From positions 1,315,002-1,355,001 of the forward strand of contig NZ_CP041742.1 in NCBI RefSeq assembly GCF_007556775.1: a stretch of DNA of 40,000 nt, given 5' to 3'. Position numbers and translations under genes: made by a program. Origin of the DNA: Pseudoluteimonas lycopersici. GTDB taxonomy: Bacteria; Pseudomonadota; Gammaproteobacteria; Xanthomonadales; Xanthomonadaceae. Below, piece after piece: positions 17,269 to 25,028 of this stretch. The notes below the pieces were generated by a model. It had not been told where the DNA came from. It saw only the letters and a program-made list of their open reading frames with translations, and searched no databases. How positions within the stretch are numbered: the stretch's first letter is position 1; each line of letters opens with the position of its first letter.

Positions 17269-17296
17269 ATGATAATGATTCTCATTTGCTTGTCAA
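17269..17296 (-). promoter_or_regulatory. Sigma-70-like promoter (TTGACA-16 nt-TATCAT) overlapped by a Fur box
   Basis: gataatgattctcatttgc (17271-17289) matches GATAATGATAATCATTATC at 15/19 positions. The -35 is the complement of 17291-17296. It lies 30 nt upstream of hemP. Confidence 0.6.
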
Positions 17297-17323
17297 CACG
17301 CCATTCGATCCCCTCCGAGAGAG

Positions 17324-17354
17324 GGTGGGCGGGTGGCTGACCATCCCGCCCACC
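17324..17354 (-). terminator. Possible terminator hairpin downstream of the 17363-18013 gene
   Basis: ggtgggcggg (17324-17333) / cccgcccacc (17345-17354) form a perfect 10-bp stem. There is no clear U-tract. Confidence 0.35.
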
Positions 17355-17362
17355 GAGGTGAC

Positions 17363-18013
17363 TCAGCGCAGCGAGCAGTGATCGACAACCGGTGAACCGA
17401 TGACCTCGCCTGCCCCGGTGCAGTTCAGCGTGATGGATTGCCCCTTGGCCAGCTGGGCGGCCACATCCTTGGGAAGGCCATGAGCCGCGACAGTCTGGAA
17501 CTCATCAACAGAAAGTTGAACGCTCGGCTCATCCATGACATCGGAGTCAATGCTTTCAATGACCCCGGAAATCTCCAGCGGTTTGCCTTTGTACTGCCCA
17601 TCGGCAGCGATTTCGTTCGCTTGGTACGCGTTGAACAAGTCCCGTGCCGACAGTTTGATCGCATCCACCGGTGGCTGCGCCGTCGCGCTGTCGGACGACA
17701 CGGCGGTCGTCGAACTGGCTGAAGTATGTGCAGCGCTGGAAACCGCGCCCGCCAGCACGGCGATACCGATGAAGTAGATGATCGGCGACACCACCAGGGA
17801 CGCCAGCAGCGGGATCAGCCCCTTGCTGGTGAAGCCGCGGGCCATGACCACGATTGCCAGGATGAAGGCGACCAGATTGAGCGGCCAGCCAACGAACAAG
17901 CCAGCGCCCGGAATAGGAACGAGGAAAAGCACCCACGCAACGATCAGGCACACCCATGTCGCCTTGATCGGCGCGGACTTGTGCGGCTGTGTCGCTTCGG
18001 TTGTTGCATTCAT
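17363..18013 (-). CDS. Membrane protein with C-terminal OB-fold (tRNA_anti-like) domain, hypothetical
   Basis: Three N-terminal TM helices, a Ser/Thr/Ala linker, then LFNAYQANEIAADGQYKGKPLEISGVIESID, typical of the small OB-fold tRNA_anti-like family. GC is visibly lower than in the neighbours. Confidence 0.7.
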   Translation of the reverse strand: MNATTEATQPHKSAPIKATWVCLIVAWVLFLVPIPGAGLFVGWPLNLVAFILAIVVMARGFTSKGLIPLLASLVVSPIIYFIGIAVLAGAVSSAAHTSASSTTAVSSDSATAQPPVDAIKLSARDLFNAYQANEIAADGQYKGKPLEISGVIESIDSDVMDEPSVQLSVDEFQTVAAHGLPKDVAAQLAKGQSITLNCTGAGEVIGSPVVDHCSLR

Positions 18014-18117
18014 TGGACATCTCCCCCTGGGTTTTGCGCCTGTCCGACCGAGGCGCGTTCGGTCGATGAAATCTAGGCCATTTACCTTGTCAACACACTA
18101 CCGTCCGGCCGAGCCGC

Positions 18118-19089
18118 TCACGCCGTCGCCGCCTCGATCTGGCGCCAGATGTCGGGGTCGAAGCGCGAGACCAGCTGCGGCGCGACCAGGTTCTGCTGCA
18201 ACTGTTCGACCCGGCTCGCGCCGAGGATCACCGTGGATACGTCCTGGTTGCGCAGGCACCAGGCGATCGCCAGCGGCGCCGGATCCACGCCGAGTTCGCG
18301 CGCGATCGACACGAAGCGCCGCGCGCGTTCCAGACGGCGCGCGCCCTCGTCGCCCTGCAGGTTGCGCTGCAGCCAGGTGTAGCCCTCCCGGGCCATGCGC
18401 GAATCGGCGGGAACGCCGGCCGAATACTTGCCGGTGAGCAGGCCCGAGGCGAGCGGCGACCAGGTGGTGGTGCCCATGCCGTATTGGCGGTACAGCGGCG
18501 TGTATTCGCGTTCGACCCGTTCGCGGTGCAACAGGTTGTATTGCGGCTGTTCCATCGTCGGCGGCTGCAGTCCGTGCGCGCGGGCGATGGCGTGCGCATC
18601 GAGGATCGCGTCCGCGGGCCATTCCGACGTGCCCCAGTACAGCACCTTGCCCTGGCGGATCAGCGCGTCCATCGCGAACACGGTTTCGGCGATGGGCGCG
18701 TCCGGGTCCGGGCGGTGGCAGAAGTAGAGGTCGAGGTAATCGACGCGCAGGCGCTTGAGCGCCGCGTGGCAGGCGTCGTGCACGTGCTTGCGCGACAGGC
18801 CTTTCTGCGTGGGCCGCGGTTTGTCGACCGCTCCGAAGAACACCTTGCTCGATACGCAATAGCCGTCGCGCGGCAGGCGCAGGTCGGCGATGACGTCGCC
18901 CATCACCCGCTCGGCCTCGCCGTTGGCATAGGTTTCGGCGTTGTCGAAGAAATTGATGCCGGCGTCCCAGGCCGCGGCGATCAGTTCGCGCGCTTCGCCA
19001 CGACCGACACTGCCGCCGAACGTGACCCATGCGCCGAACGACAGTTCCGACAAGTGCAGGCCGGAGGAACCGAGACGACGGTATTGCAT
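18118..19089 (-). CDS. Aldo/keto reductase (Kv-beta-like subfamily)
   Basis: MQYRRLGSSGLHLSELSFGAWVTFG...INFFDNAETYANGEAE. ATG at 19089 has GGAG 6 nt upstream. Confidence 0.9.
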   Translation of the reverse strand: MQYRRLGSSGLHLSELSFGAWVTFGGSVGRGEARELIAAAWDAGINFFDNAETYANGEAERVMGDVIADLRLPRDGYCVSSKVFFGAVDKPRPTQKGLSRKHVHDACHAALKRLRVDYLDLYFCHRPDPDAPIAETVFAMDALIRQGKVLYWGTSEWPADAILDAHAIARAHGLQPPTMEQPQYNLLHRERVEREYTPLYRQYGMGTTTWSPLASGLLTGKYSAGVPADSRMAREGYTWLQRNLQGDEGARRLERARRFVSIARELGVDPAPLAIAWCLRNQDVSTVILGASRVEQLQQNLVAPQLVSRFDPDIWRQIEAATA

Positions 19090-19116
19090 GGCGCGCTCCA
19101 CTCGGGGGAGCCCGCA

Positions 19117-19147
19117 TTGTAGGCATCGCGCCGGGCCGGGTTAGAAT
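19117..19147 (+). promoter_or_regulatory. Putative promoter (TTGTAG-19 nt-TAGAAT) driving the riboswitch leader
   Basis: It ends about 7 nt before the first riboswitch helix. The spacer is longer than optimal. Confidence 0.3.
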
Positions 19148-19153
19148 GCGCGC

Positions 19154-19283
19154 CCTTCCTCCGGGGAGTAGCCCGCCGCGGACGCAGTGTCCACGGCCCG
19201 CGCGTCAACACACTTGGCCCTGCCGTCGACCGGCATTCCGCCATGGCGCGCGACACCGCATCGCGGTGGGGCAAGACCGAAGG
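19154..19283 (+). promoter_or_regulatory. yybP-ykoY (manganese) riboswitch
   Basis: Conserved cores CCGGGGAGUAGCC, GUCAACACACUUGGC and GGGGCAAGACC. The closing helix is CCUUC...GAAGG. It is upstream of a UPF0016/GDT1 gene, a known regulon member. Confidence 0.8.
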
Positions 19284-19357
19284 CAGCCGCGTGCACCCGG
19301 GCCGGGCGCGACGCGGTTGTCCTTCGCGTCCGCGACGCCCGGCCCCGGAGTTCGACC

Positions 19358-19921
19358 ATGTTGCAAGCCCTGTTCGTATCCGCAGGCACCGTCGCGCTCG
19401 CCGAGATCGGCGACAAGACGCAATTGCTGGCGTTGCTGCTCGCCGCGCGTTTCCGCCGTCCGTGGCCGATCGTCGCCGGCATCCTCGTCGCCACCCTGCT
19501 CAACCATGCGCTCGCCGGCTGGCTCGGCACGCTGGTCGCGCACTGGCTGACACCTACAGTGCTGCGTTGGGTGGTCGCGGTGAGTTTCATCGCCATCGCG
19601 CTGTGGACGCTCAAGCCGGACAAACTCGAAGAAGACGCGCCCTTGCCCGGCGGCAACGTCTTCGCCGCGACGGTGGTGGCGTTCTTCCTCGCCGAGATCG
19701 GCGACAAGACCCAGGTCGCGACCGTGCTGCTGGCCACGCGCTTCGATGCGCTGTGGCAGGTGGTGGCGGGAACCACCCTCGGCATGCTGCTGGCGAACGT
19801 GCCGGTGGTCGCCTTCGGCAGCCGCTTCGCGCAACGCCTGCCGCTGCGCGCGGCGCGCATGGTCGCGGCGCTGGTGTTCCTCGTGCTCGGCCTGTGGGCG
19901 GCGGTGTTCGGCATCGGCTGA
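19358..19921 (+). CDS. UPF0016/GDT1 (TMEM165) family cation (Mn2+/Ca2+) transporter
   Basis: Two ExGDK[TS] motifs (AEIGDKTQ twice) and six TM helices. ATG at 19358 follows GGAG. Confidence 0.9.
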   Translation: MLQALFVSAGTVALAEIGDKTQLLALLLAARFRRPWPIVAGILVATLLNHALAGWLGTLVAHWLTPTVLRWVVAVSFIAIALWTLKPDKLEEDAPLPGGNVFAATVVAFFLAEIGDKTQVATVLLATRFDALWQVVAGTTLGMLLANVPVVAFGSRFAQRLPLRAARMVAALVFLVLGLWAAVFGIG

Positions 19922-19946
19922 GTCGTCCGCCGCCGCGTGGCCGGCT

Positions 19947-21113
19947 ATGCTGGCCGCGGGCGACACGGGGCGGGCGATGGGACTGCGCGGCACGTTCCTC
20001 TGGCTGAAGGACCTCGTCGGGGCGCTGCTCGCGCGCCCGGACGAACTGATGCTCGAACTCGGCGCCGGCGGCGAACTGCTGGTAGCGCGATTGCGCGCGC
20101 TGCTGTCCGTGACCGCGTTGTTGCTGCCCATCGCCAGCGCCATGAGCGGCGGCAGCACCAGCGAGACCATCGTCGGGCTCGGCGCGGTGGTGTTCATCAA
20201 CATCTGCGCGCAAATCTGGCTGGCGCTGGCCAACCGCCCGCGCACCTATCCGTGGCTGCCGTACGCGACCACCACCTACGATGTCACCACCACCACCGGC
20301 GTGCTCGCGCTGCTCGCGCTGGGCGACCCGGTTTCGGGGGTGAACAGCCTCATCGTCTGGTGCTTCTACCTGATCTCGATCGCGATGACCGCGCTGCGCA
20401 ACGACGGCCGCCTGACCCTGTACGCCGGCGCGCTGGCCATCGTCGAATACGGCCTGCTGGCGTGGGCGATCCTCGCCAGCCATCCGCAGCCGCTATCCTC
20501 GCCCGACTACGGCATCGCTTCGGCCGGCAGCCAGGTCGAGCGCCTGGTGCTGCTCGGCATGATGACCATGCTGACCAGCGTGATCGTGTACCGCATGCAG
20601 CGGCTGGTGGAACTGTCGGGCAACGACGGGCTCACCGGCCTGCCCAATCGCAGCTGGTTGCTGCAGCGCATGCCGCGCATCTTCGACAAGGTGCGGGACG
20701 GCGGCGGTTCGCTAACGCTTGCGCTGATCGACCTCGACCATTTCAAGCGCGTCAACGACGACATCGGCCACCTCGCCGCCAACCGCACGTTGCGCCAGGT
20801 CGCGGCGCTGATGTCGGACGCGCTCGGGCCCGGCGAACGACTCGTGCGCATCGGCGGGCAGGAATTCGTGGCGCTGCTGCATTGCCCGATCGGCAGCGCG
20901 TGGGAACGCATCGACCGCCTGCGCCGGGCGATGTCGGAACAGGTGTTCCTCGGCGAACGCGGCACGCCCGGTCCGCGCCTGACCTTCAGCGCCGGTATCG
21001 CGACCTGGCCGCAGGACGGCAACAACCTTTCGCTGTTGTTGCGCAGCGCCGACCGCCGCCTGCAGGTGGGCAAGCGCGACGGCCGCAACCGGGTCATCGC
21101 GCGCGACGTATGA
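19947..21113 (+). CDS. Membrane-bound GGDEF-domain protein with degenerate GGQEF site
   Basis: Five to six N-terminal TM helices, then DGLTGLPNRSWL...IDLDHFKRVND...RIGGQEFVALL. The start could be 19947 or 19977. Confidence 0.85.
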   Translation: MLAAGDTGRAMGLRGTFLWLKDLVGALLARPDELMLELGAGGELLVARLRALLSVTALLLPIASAMSGGSTSETIVGLGAVVFINICAQIWLALANRPRTYPWLPYATTTYDVTTTTGVLALLALGDPVSGVNSLIVWCFYLISIAMTALRNDGRLTLYAGALAIVEYGLLAWAILASHPQPLSSPDYGIASAGSQVERLVLLGMMTMLTSVIVYRMQRLVELSGNDGLTGLPNRSWLLQRMPRIFDKVRDGGGSLTLALIDLDHFKRVNDDIGHLAANRTLRQVAALMSDALGPGERLVRIGGQEFVALLHCPIGSAWERIDRLRRAMSEQVFLGERGTPGPRLTFSAGIATWPQDGNNLSLLLRSADRRLQVGKRDGRNRVIARDV

Positions 21114-21278
21114 GCCGCGGAGCGGACTTGCAGGTGGTTTGACCGGTACGACAAACCGCGCGCGATACGGCTTATCGCCGCGAAATTTGGGTTCATTAGG
21201 CGTCAGGGCGCATGCTCGCCTCAATCGCAATTTGTGAGATAGAGTTGATCTAGGCTGAACTTCCTACAGGGGGAACAA

Positions 21279-22184
21279 ATGCAAGCCACCTACTATCAGT
21301 ACTACTTCACGAAAGGAAACGGACAGAAAAAGTACTGGGTGGATTTGCGGCCGTTCCTTCAGAAGTACTGCTCATGGAAGACCCCTGTATTCAAATCCAA
21401 ATTTGAACACGCGGGAGAACGCCTCTACCTCATTCACACCGTTGGTGATCAGTACTTGTTCTTGCACACGCTAGACAACGAAATTATCAAGAAGATCGAC
21501 TCAAAAAATCTGACGCTTGGCGATCTGAAAACTTACCTCGCCGGAGATTCTGCAGGCTTCGCCTCTTATCTGAATTTCAGAGAAGATTTTTTCGGAATCG
21601 CTTGCAAAGTCCTTTCGCCACGTGGCGCGACATTTTCAAACTACATAAATCAAGTTATTGAAGCCCTCAAGCTTCCTTACAAGTTCCATGCCGTCGCACT
21701 CACTCACCAGATGCAGCGTAAAGACATCTCAAAGCTAAGCCGTGTCGGAAAAATTACTGTCGAACTACAAAGAGACAACCAACTTCACGAAGATTTGGTT
21801 GAATTCATAAGCGGAAAGACCGGACAGAATTATGCAGAGGTCGGGCCTATTGAGATAACGATCAGGCCCGAGAAGAGACTCGGCAATATCAAAGCAATAT
21901 TGCAAGGCGTCTCTTCACAGATCGGACAGAAAGGCGTGACAGATTTTGAAGCTCGCGCAGTCACCGCTGTCGCAGACAAAGTCATAGATGTCTATCTCGT
22001 CGGAGAGGGAGCGGTTCGCCACCCAATCAGCGGCGACACTGATGCAAAGATCCAAAGAGACTTCGACAAACAAATGAGTAAGAACGCGCTTCTTCAAGAG
22101 AAGCTCACGGAAATGAGGTCAAATGCCAATGTACAGAAAACTACGTTTGCTGACCTTGATAATCCTACTAAGCCACGGACTTAG
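21279..22184 (+). CDS. RexA-like soluble protein (301 aa), candidate phage-exclusion sensor
   Basis: AGGGGGA Shine-Dalgarno. AT-rich codon usage unlike the flanks. No enzymatic motif seen. Size, position and the N-terminal pattern (LYLIH..LFLHT...IIKKIDSK...GFASYLNF..DFFGIA) recall lambda RexA from memory. This is unverified. Confidence 0.6.
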   Translation: MQATYYQYYFTKGNGQKKYWVDLRPFLQKYCSWKTPVFKSKFEHAGERLYLIHTVGDQYLFLHTLDNEIIKKIDSKNLTLGDLKTYLAGDSAGFASYLNFREDFFGIACKVLSPRGATFSNYINQVIEALKLPYKFHAVALTHQMQRKDISKLSRVGKITVELQRDNQLHEDLVEFISGKTGQNYAEVGPIEITIRPEKRLGNIKAILQGVSSQIGQKGVTDFEARAVTAVADKVIDVYLVGEGAVRHPISGDTDAKIQRDFDKQMSKNALLQEKLTEMRSNANVQKTTFADLDNPTKPRT

Positions 22185-22590
22185 CTATTGGATTACTTTC
22201 CTTGTTCCTGACGGCATTGCAGAAACAATCAACGCCGTCCCTGGACGTATTGAATCACTAGCCGCTCTGCTTGCCAGCTTTGCTTTTACCATGCTCGGCT
22301 TCCTGGCCGCCGTTCTTGCTTTGTTCGGAATCATGTCAGGATCGTCGCTTCTCGCCAGATATAAGAAGCATGGGCACTTAGCAACGCTGCTGCTGGTGAT
22401 CGGCATAACAATGGTAGAGCTTGTTCTAACATTCGCATTTTCTATTTCGCTGTACTTTCAACCACTCACGGACAGCTACGCTAGGTTCTTGGCTTGGCTC
22501 ATCACGACGAATTTTGTGATGCTTCTGTTGAGCACGTTGCCGGTAGTCATGCTTGTCAAAGGAACGCTCGACAGCATCAAGAGTGAGTAG
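22123..22590 (+). CDS. RexB-like four-TM membrane protein (155 aa), candidate effector
   Basis: GAGG lies 4-5 nt upstream of ATG 22123. Four hydrophobic helices (about residues 8-29, 46-70, 86-112, 122-145). It overlaps the upstream ORF by 62 nt. Size and topology match lambda RexB. Confidence 0.6.
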   Translation: MPMYRKLRLLTLIILLSHGLSYWITFLVPDGIAETINAVPGRIESLAALLASFAFTMLGFLAAVLALFGIMSGSSLLARYKKHGHLATLLLVIGITMVELVLTFAFSISLYFQPLTDSYARFLAWLITTNFVMLLLSTLPVVMLVKGTLDSIKSE

Positions 22591-22740
22591 CGTTGCGCCC
22601 TAACAATTCATCTAGGCCAAATCCGCCCAACAAGCCGACTTAAAACAGTCCGGGAGCCCGCCGGCAGTTGCCCACGCCGCCACCGGTGCCCTACCCTGCC
22701 GCATCGGCGCGCCCGCGCCACCGCAAACGGGGAGCGGAAC

Positions 22741-24036
22741 GTGAATCTGAAACTGCGCCTGACGGTGATGAATTTCCTCCAGTTCTTCGTCTGGGGGGCA
22801 TGGCTGCTCACCATCGGCGCCTGGTGGTTCCAGAACCGCCACTGGTCGGGCACCGGCTTCGGCGCGATCTTCTCGACCATGGGCTTCGCCTCGCTGTTCA
22901 TGCCGGCGCTGATGGGCATCGTCGCCGACAAGTGGATCAACGCCGAACGCCTGTACGGCCTGTTGCACATCGGCGGCGCGATCATGCTGTTCCTGATCCC
23001 GCGCGTGGACGATCCCTCGACCATGTTCCCGGTCATGTTCGTCACCATGTGCTTCTACATGCCGACCATCGCGCTGGCGATCACCGTGTCGTACAACGCG
23101 CTGAAGAACGAAGGCATGGACGTGGTCGGCACCTATCCGCCGATCCGCGTCTGGGGCACGGTCGGCTTCATCGCCGCGACCTGGACGACCAGCCTCTCGG
23201 GCCTGGAAACCTCGTCCGGGCAGTTCTACGTCGCCTCCGCCGCATCGCTGGCGCTGGGACTGTACGCGTTCACCCTGCCGCCCTGCCGCCCGAAGCTGGA
23301 CGCCGCGCACAGCGGCAGCCTCGCCGACCGCCTCGGCCTGACTTCGTTCACGCTGTTCCGGAACCGCAACATGGCGGTGTTCTTCATCTTCGCCATGCTG
23401 CTGGGCGCGGCATTGCAACTGACCAACGCCTACGGCGACACCTTCCTGCACGATTTCGCCAAGGTCGACGAATACAAGGGCCTGTTCGCGGTGCGCTACC
23501 CGGCGATGATCATCTCGATCTCGCAGATCTCGGAAACCTTGTTCATCCTCACCATCCCCTTCTTCCTGAAGCGCTTCGGGATCAAGGCGGTGATGACGAT
23601 GAGCATGCTGGCGTGGTTCCTGCGCTTCGGGCTGTTCGCCTACGGCGATCCGGGCCCGGGACTGTGGATGATCGTGCTGTCGTGCATCGTCTACGGCGCG
23701 GCCTTCGATTTCTTCAACATCTCCGGCTCGCTGTTCGTCGAAGGCCAGAGCGACCCGAAGATCCGCGCCAGCGCGCAGGGCCTGTTCATGCTCATGACCA
23801 ACGGCGTCGGCGCGGTGCTGGGCAGCCTCATCGCGGGCTTCGTGATCGATCATTTCTTCACCGATCCGACCTGCAACGACATGACCGCGATCTGCAAGGA
23901 CTGGCACGGCATCTGGACCGCGTTCGCGGCGTACGCGCTGGCGATGGCGATACTGTTCGTGCCGCTGTTCAGGCACAAACACGATCCGCGCAAGCTGGTC
24001 GCGGCACATGGCGCGGGCGATGTCGGCAATCCCTGA
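22741..24036 (+). CDS. nupG: Nucleoside:H+ symporter, NupG/XapB family
   Basis: GTG start. MNLKLRLTVMNFLQFFVWGAW...FMPALMGIVADKW...ISQISETLFILTIPFFL is colinear with E. coli NupG as recalled. Confidence 0.9.
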   Translation: MNLKLRLTVMNFLQFFVWGAWLLTIGAWWFQNRHWSGTGFGAIFSTMGFASLFMPALMGIVADKWINAERLYGLLHIGGAIMLFLIPRVDDPSTMFPVMFVTMCFYMPTIALAITVSYNALKNEGMDVVGTYPPIRVWGTVGFIAATWTTSLSGLETSSGQFYVASAASLALGLYAFTLPPCRPKLDAAHSGSLADRLGLTSFTLFRNRNMAVFFIFAMLLGAALQLTNAYGDTFLHDFAKVDEYKGLFAVRYPAMIISISQISETLFILTIPFFLKRFGIKAVMTMSMLAWFLRFGLFAYGDPGPGLWMIVLSCIVYGAAFDFFNISGSLFVEGQSDPKIRASAQGLFMLMTNGVGAVLGSLIAGFVIDHFFTDPTCNDMTAICKDWHGIWTAFAAYALAMAILFVPLFRHKHDPRKLVAAHGAGDVGNP

Positions 24037-24040
24037 CGGC

Positions 24041-24985
24041 ATGAACGTCGCCGTCGTCGGTTCGTTCAACGTCGACCACGTCTGGCGCGTGGCGTCGCTG
24101 CCGCAACCGGGCGCGACGCTCAGCGGCGAATACGCCAGCGGCCCCGGCGGCAAGGGCTTCAACCAGGCGATGGCCGCGCGCCGCGCCGGCGCGAAGACCG
24201 CGTTCGTGTGCGCGCTCGGCGAGGACCTCGGCGCGCAGCTGGCGCGGGCGCTGTGCGTAGGCGACGACATCGACCTGCGCGATTTCGCCTGCGACAGCAG
24301 CACCGGCACCGCGGGCATCTACGTCGATGCGAACGGCCGCAACTCAATCGTTGTAGCGCCCGGCGCGAACGCGCGGCTCGATGTCGAATTCGTCGAATCG
24401 GCCTTGTCCGCGCTGGCCGCGCCATCGGTGGTGCTCGCGCAACTGGAATCGCCACCGGAAGCGATCGCCGCGGCGTTGCGCTTCGGCCGCGAACGCGGCG
24501 CAATGACGATTTTGAATCCCGCGCCAGCGAACGTCGCGGTGCCGGGTTCGCTGCTGGCGCTGGCCGACGTGCTGACGCCGAACGAAACCGAATTCGCCGC
24601 GCTGCTCGGGCGGCACGTGGGCGAGCGCATCGACGCGGATGCCGTCAGCGGCATCGACCAGGGCCGGCTGCACGCGTTGTGCCGCGACCTCGGCCACGAC
24701 GCCACGGTGGTCGTGACGCTCGGCGCCAGCGGCTGCTTCGTCTCGCATCCGGAGGCGAACCTGCGCGGCGACGAGAGCGCGTGTTACCGCATCGCCGCGG
24801 ATGCGGCGCGCGTGGCCGATACCACCGGCGCGGGCGACGCCTTCAACGGCGCGCTGGCCGCATCGCTGGCGTTGCGACCGGACGCGGCCTTCGCCGAACA
24901 CCTGCGATTCGCCACGAAGTACGCCGGGCTGTCCACCGAACACGAAGGCGCCGCGCTGGCGATGCCGCATTTGGCGGTCGGATAG
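24041..24985 (+). CDS. rbsK: Ribokinase / PfkB-family sugar (nucleoside) kinase
   Basis: MNVAVVGSFNVDHV...GGKGFNQA...DTTGAGDAFNGALA. ATG at 24041 is just after the nupG stop. Confidence 0.8.
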   Translation: MNVAVVGSFNVDHVWRVASLPQPGATLSGEYASGPGGKGFNQAMAARRAGAKTAFVCALGEDLGAQLARALCVGDDIDLRDFACDSSTGTAGIYVDANGRNSIVVAPGANARLDVEFVESALSALAAPSVVLAQLESPPEAIAAALRFGRERGAMTILNPAPANVAVPGSLLALADVLTPNETEFAALLGRHVGERIDADAVSGIDQGRLHALCRDLGHDATVVVTLGASGCFVSHPEANLRGDESACYRIAADAARVADTTGAGDAFNGALAASLALRPDAAFAEHLRFATKYAGLSTEHEGAALAMPHLAVG

Positions 24986-25028
24986 GGCCTGCGCGGTGGC
25001 GGGCCAAGGCCCGCCCTACAATATCCGC

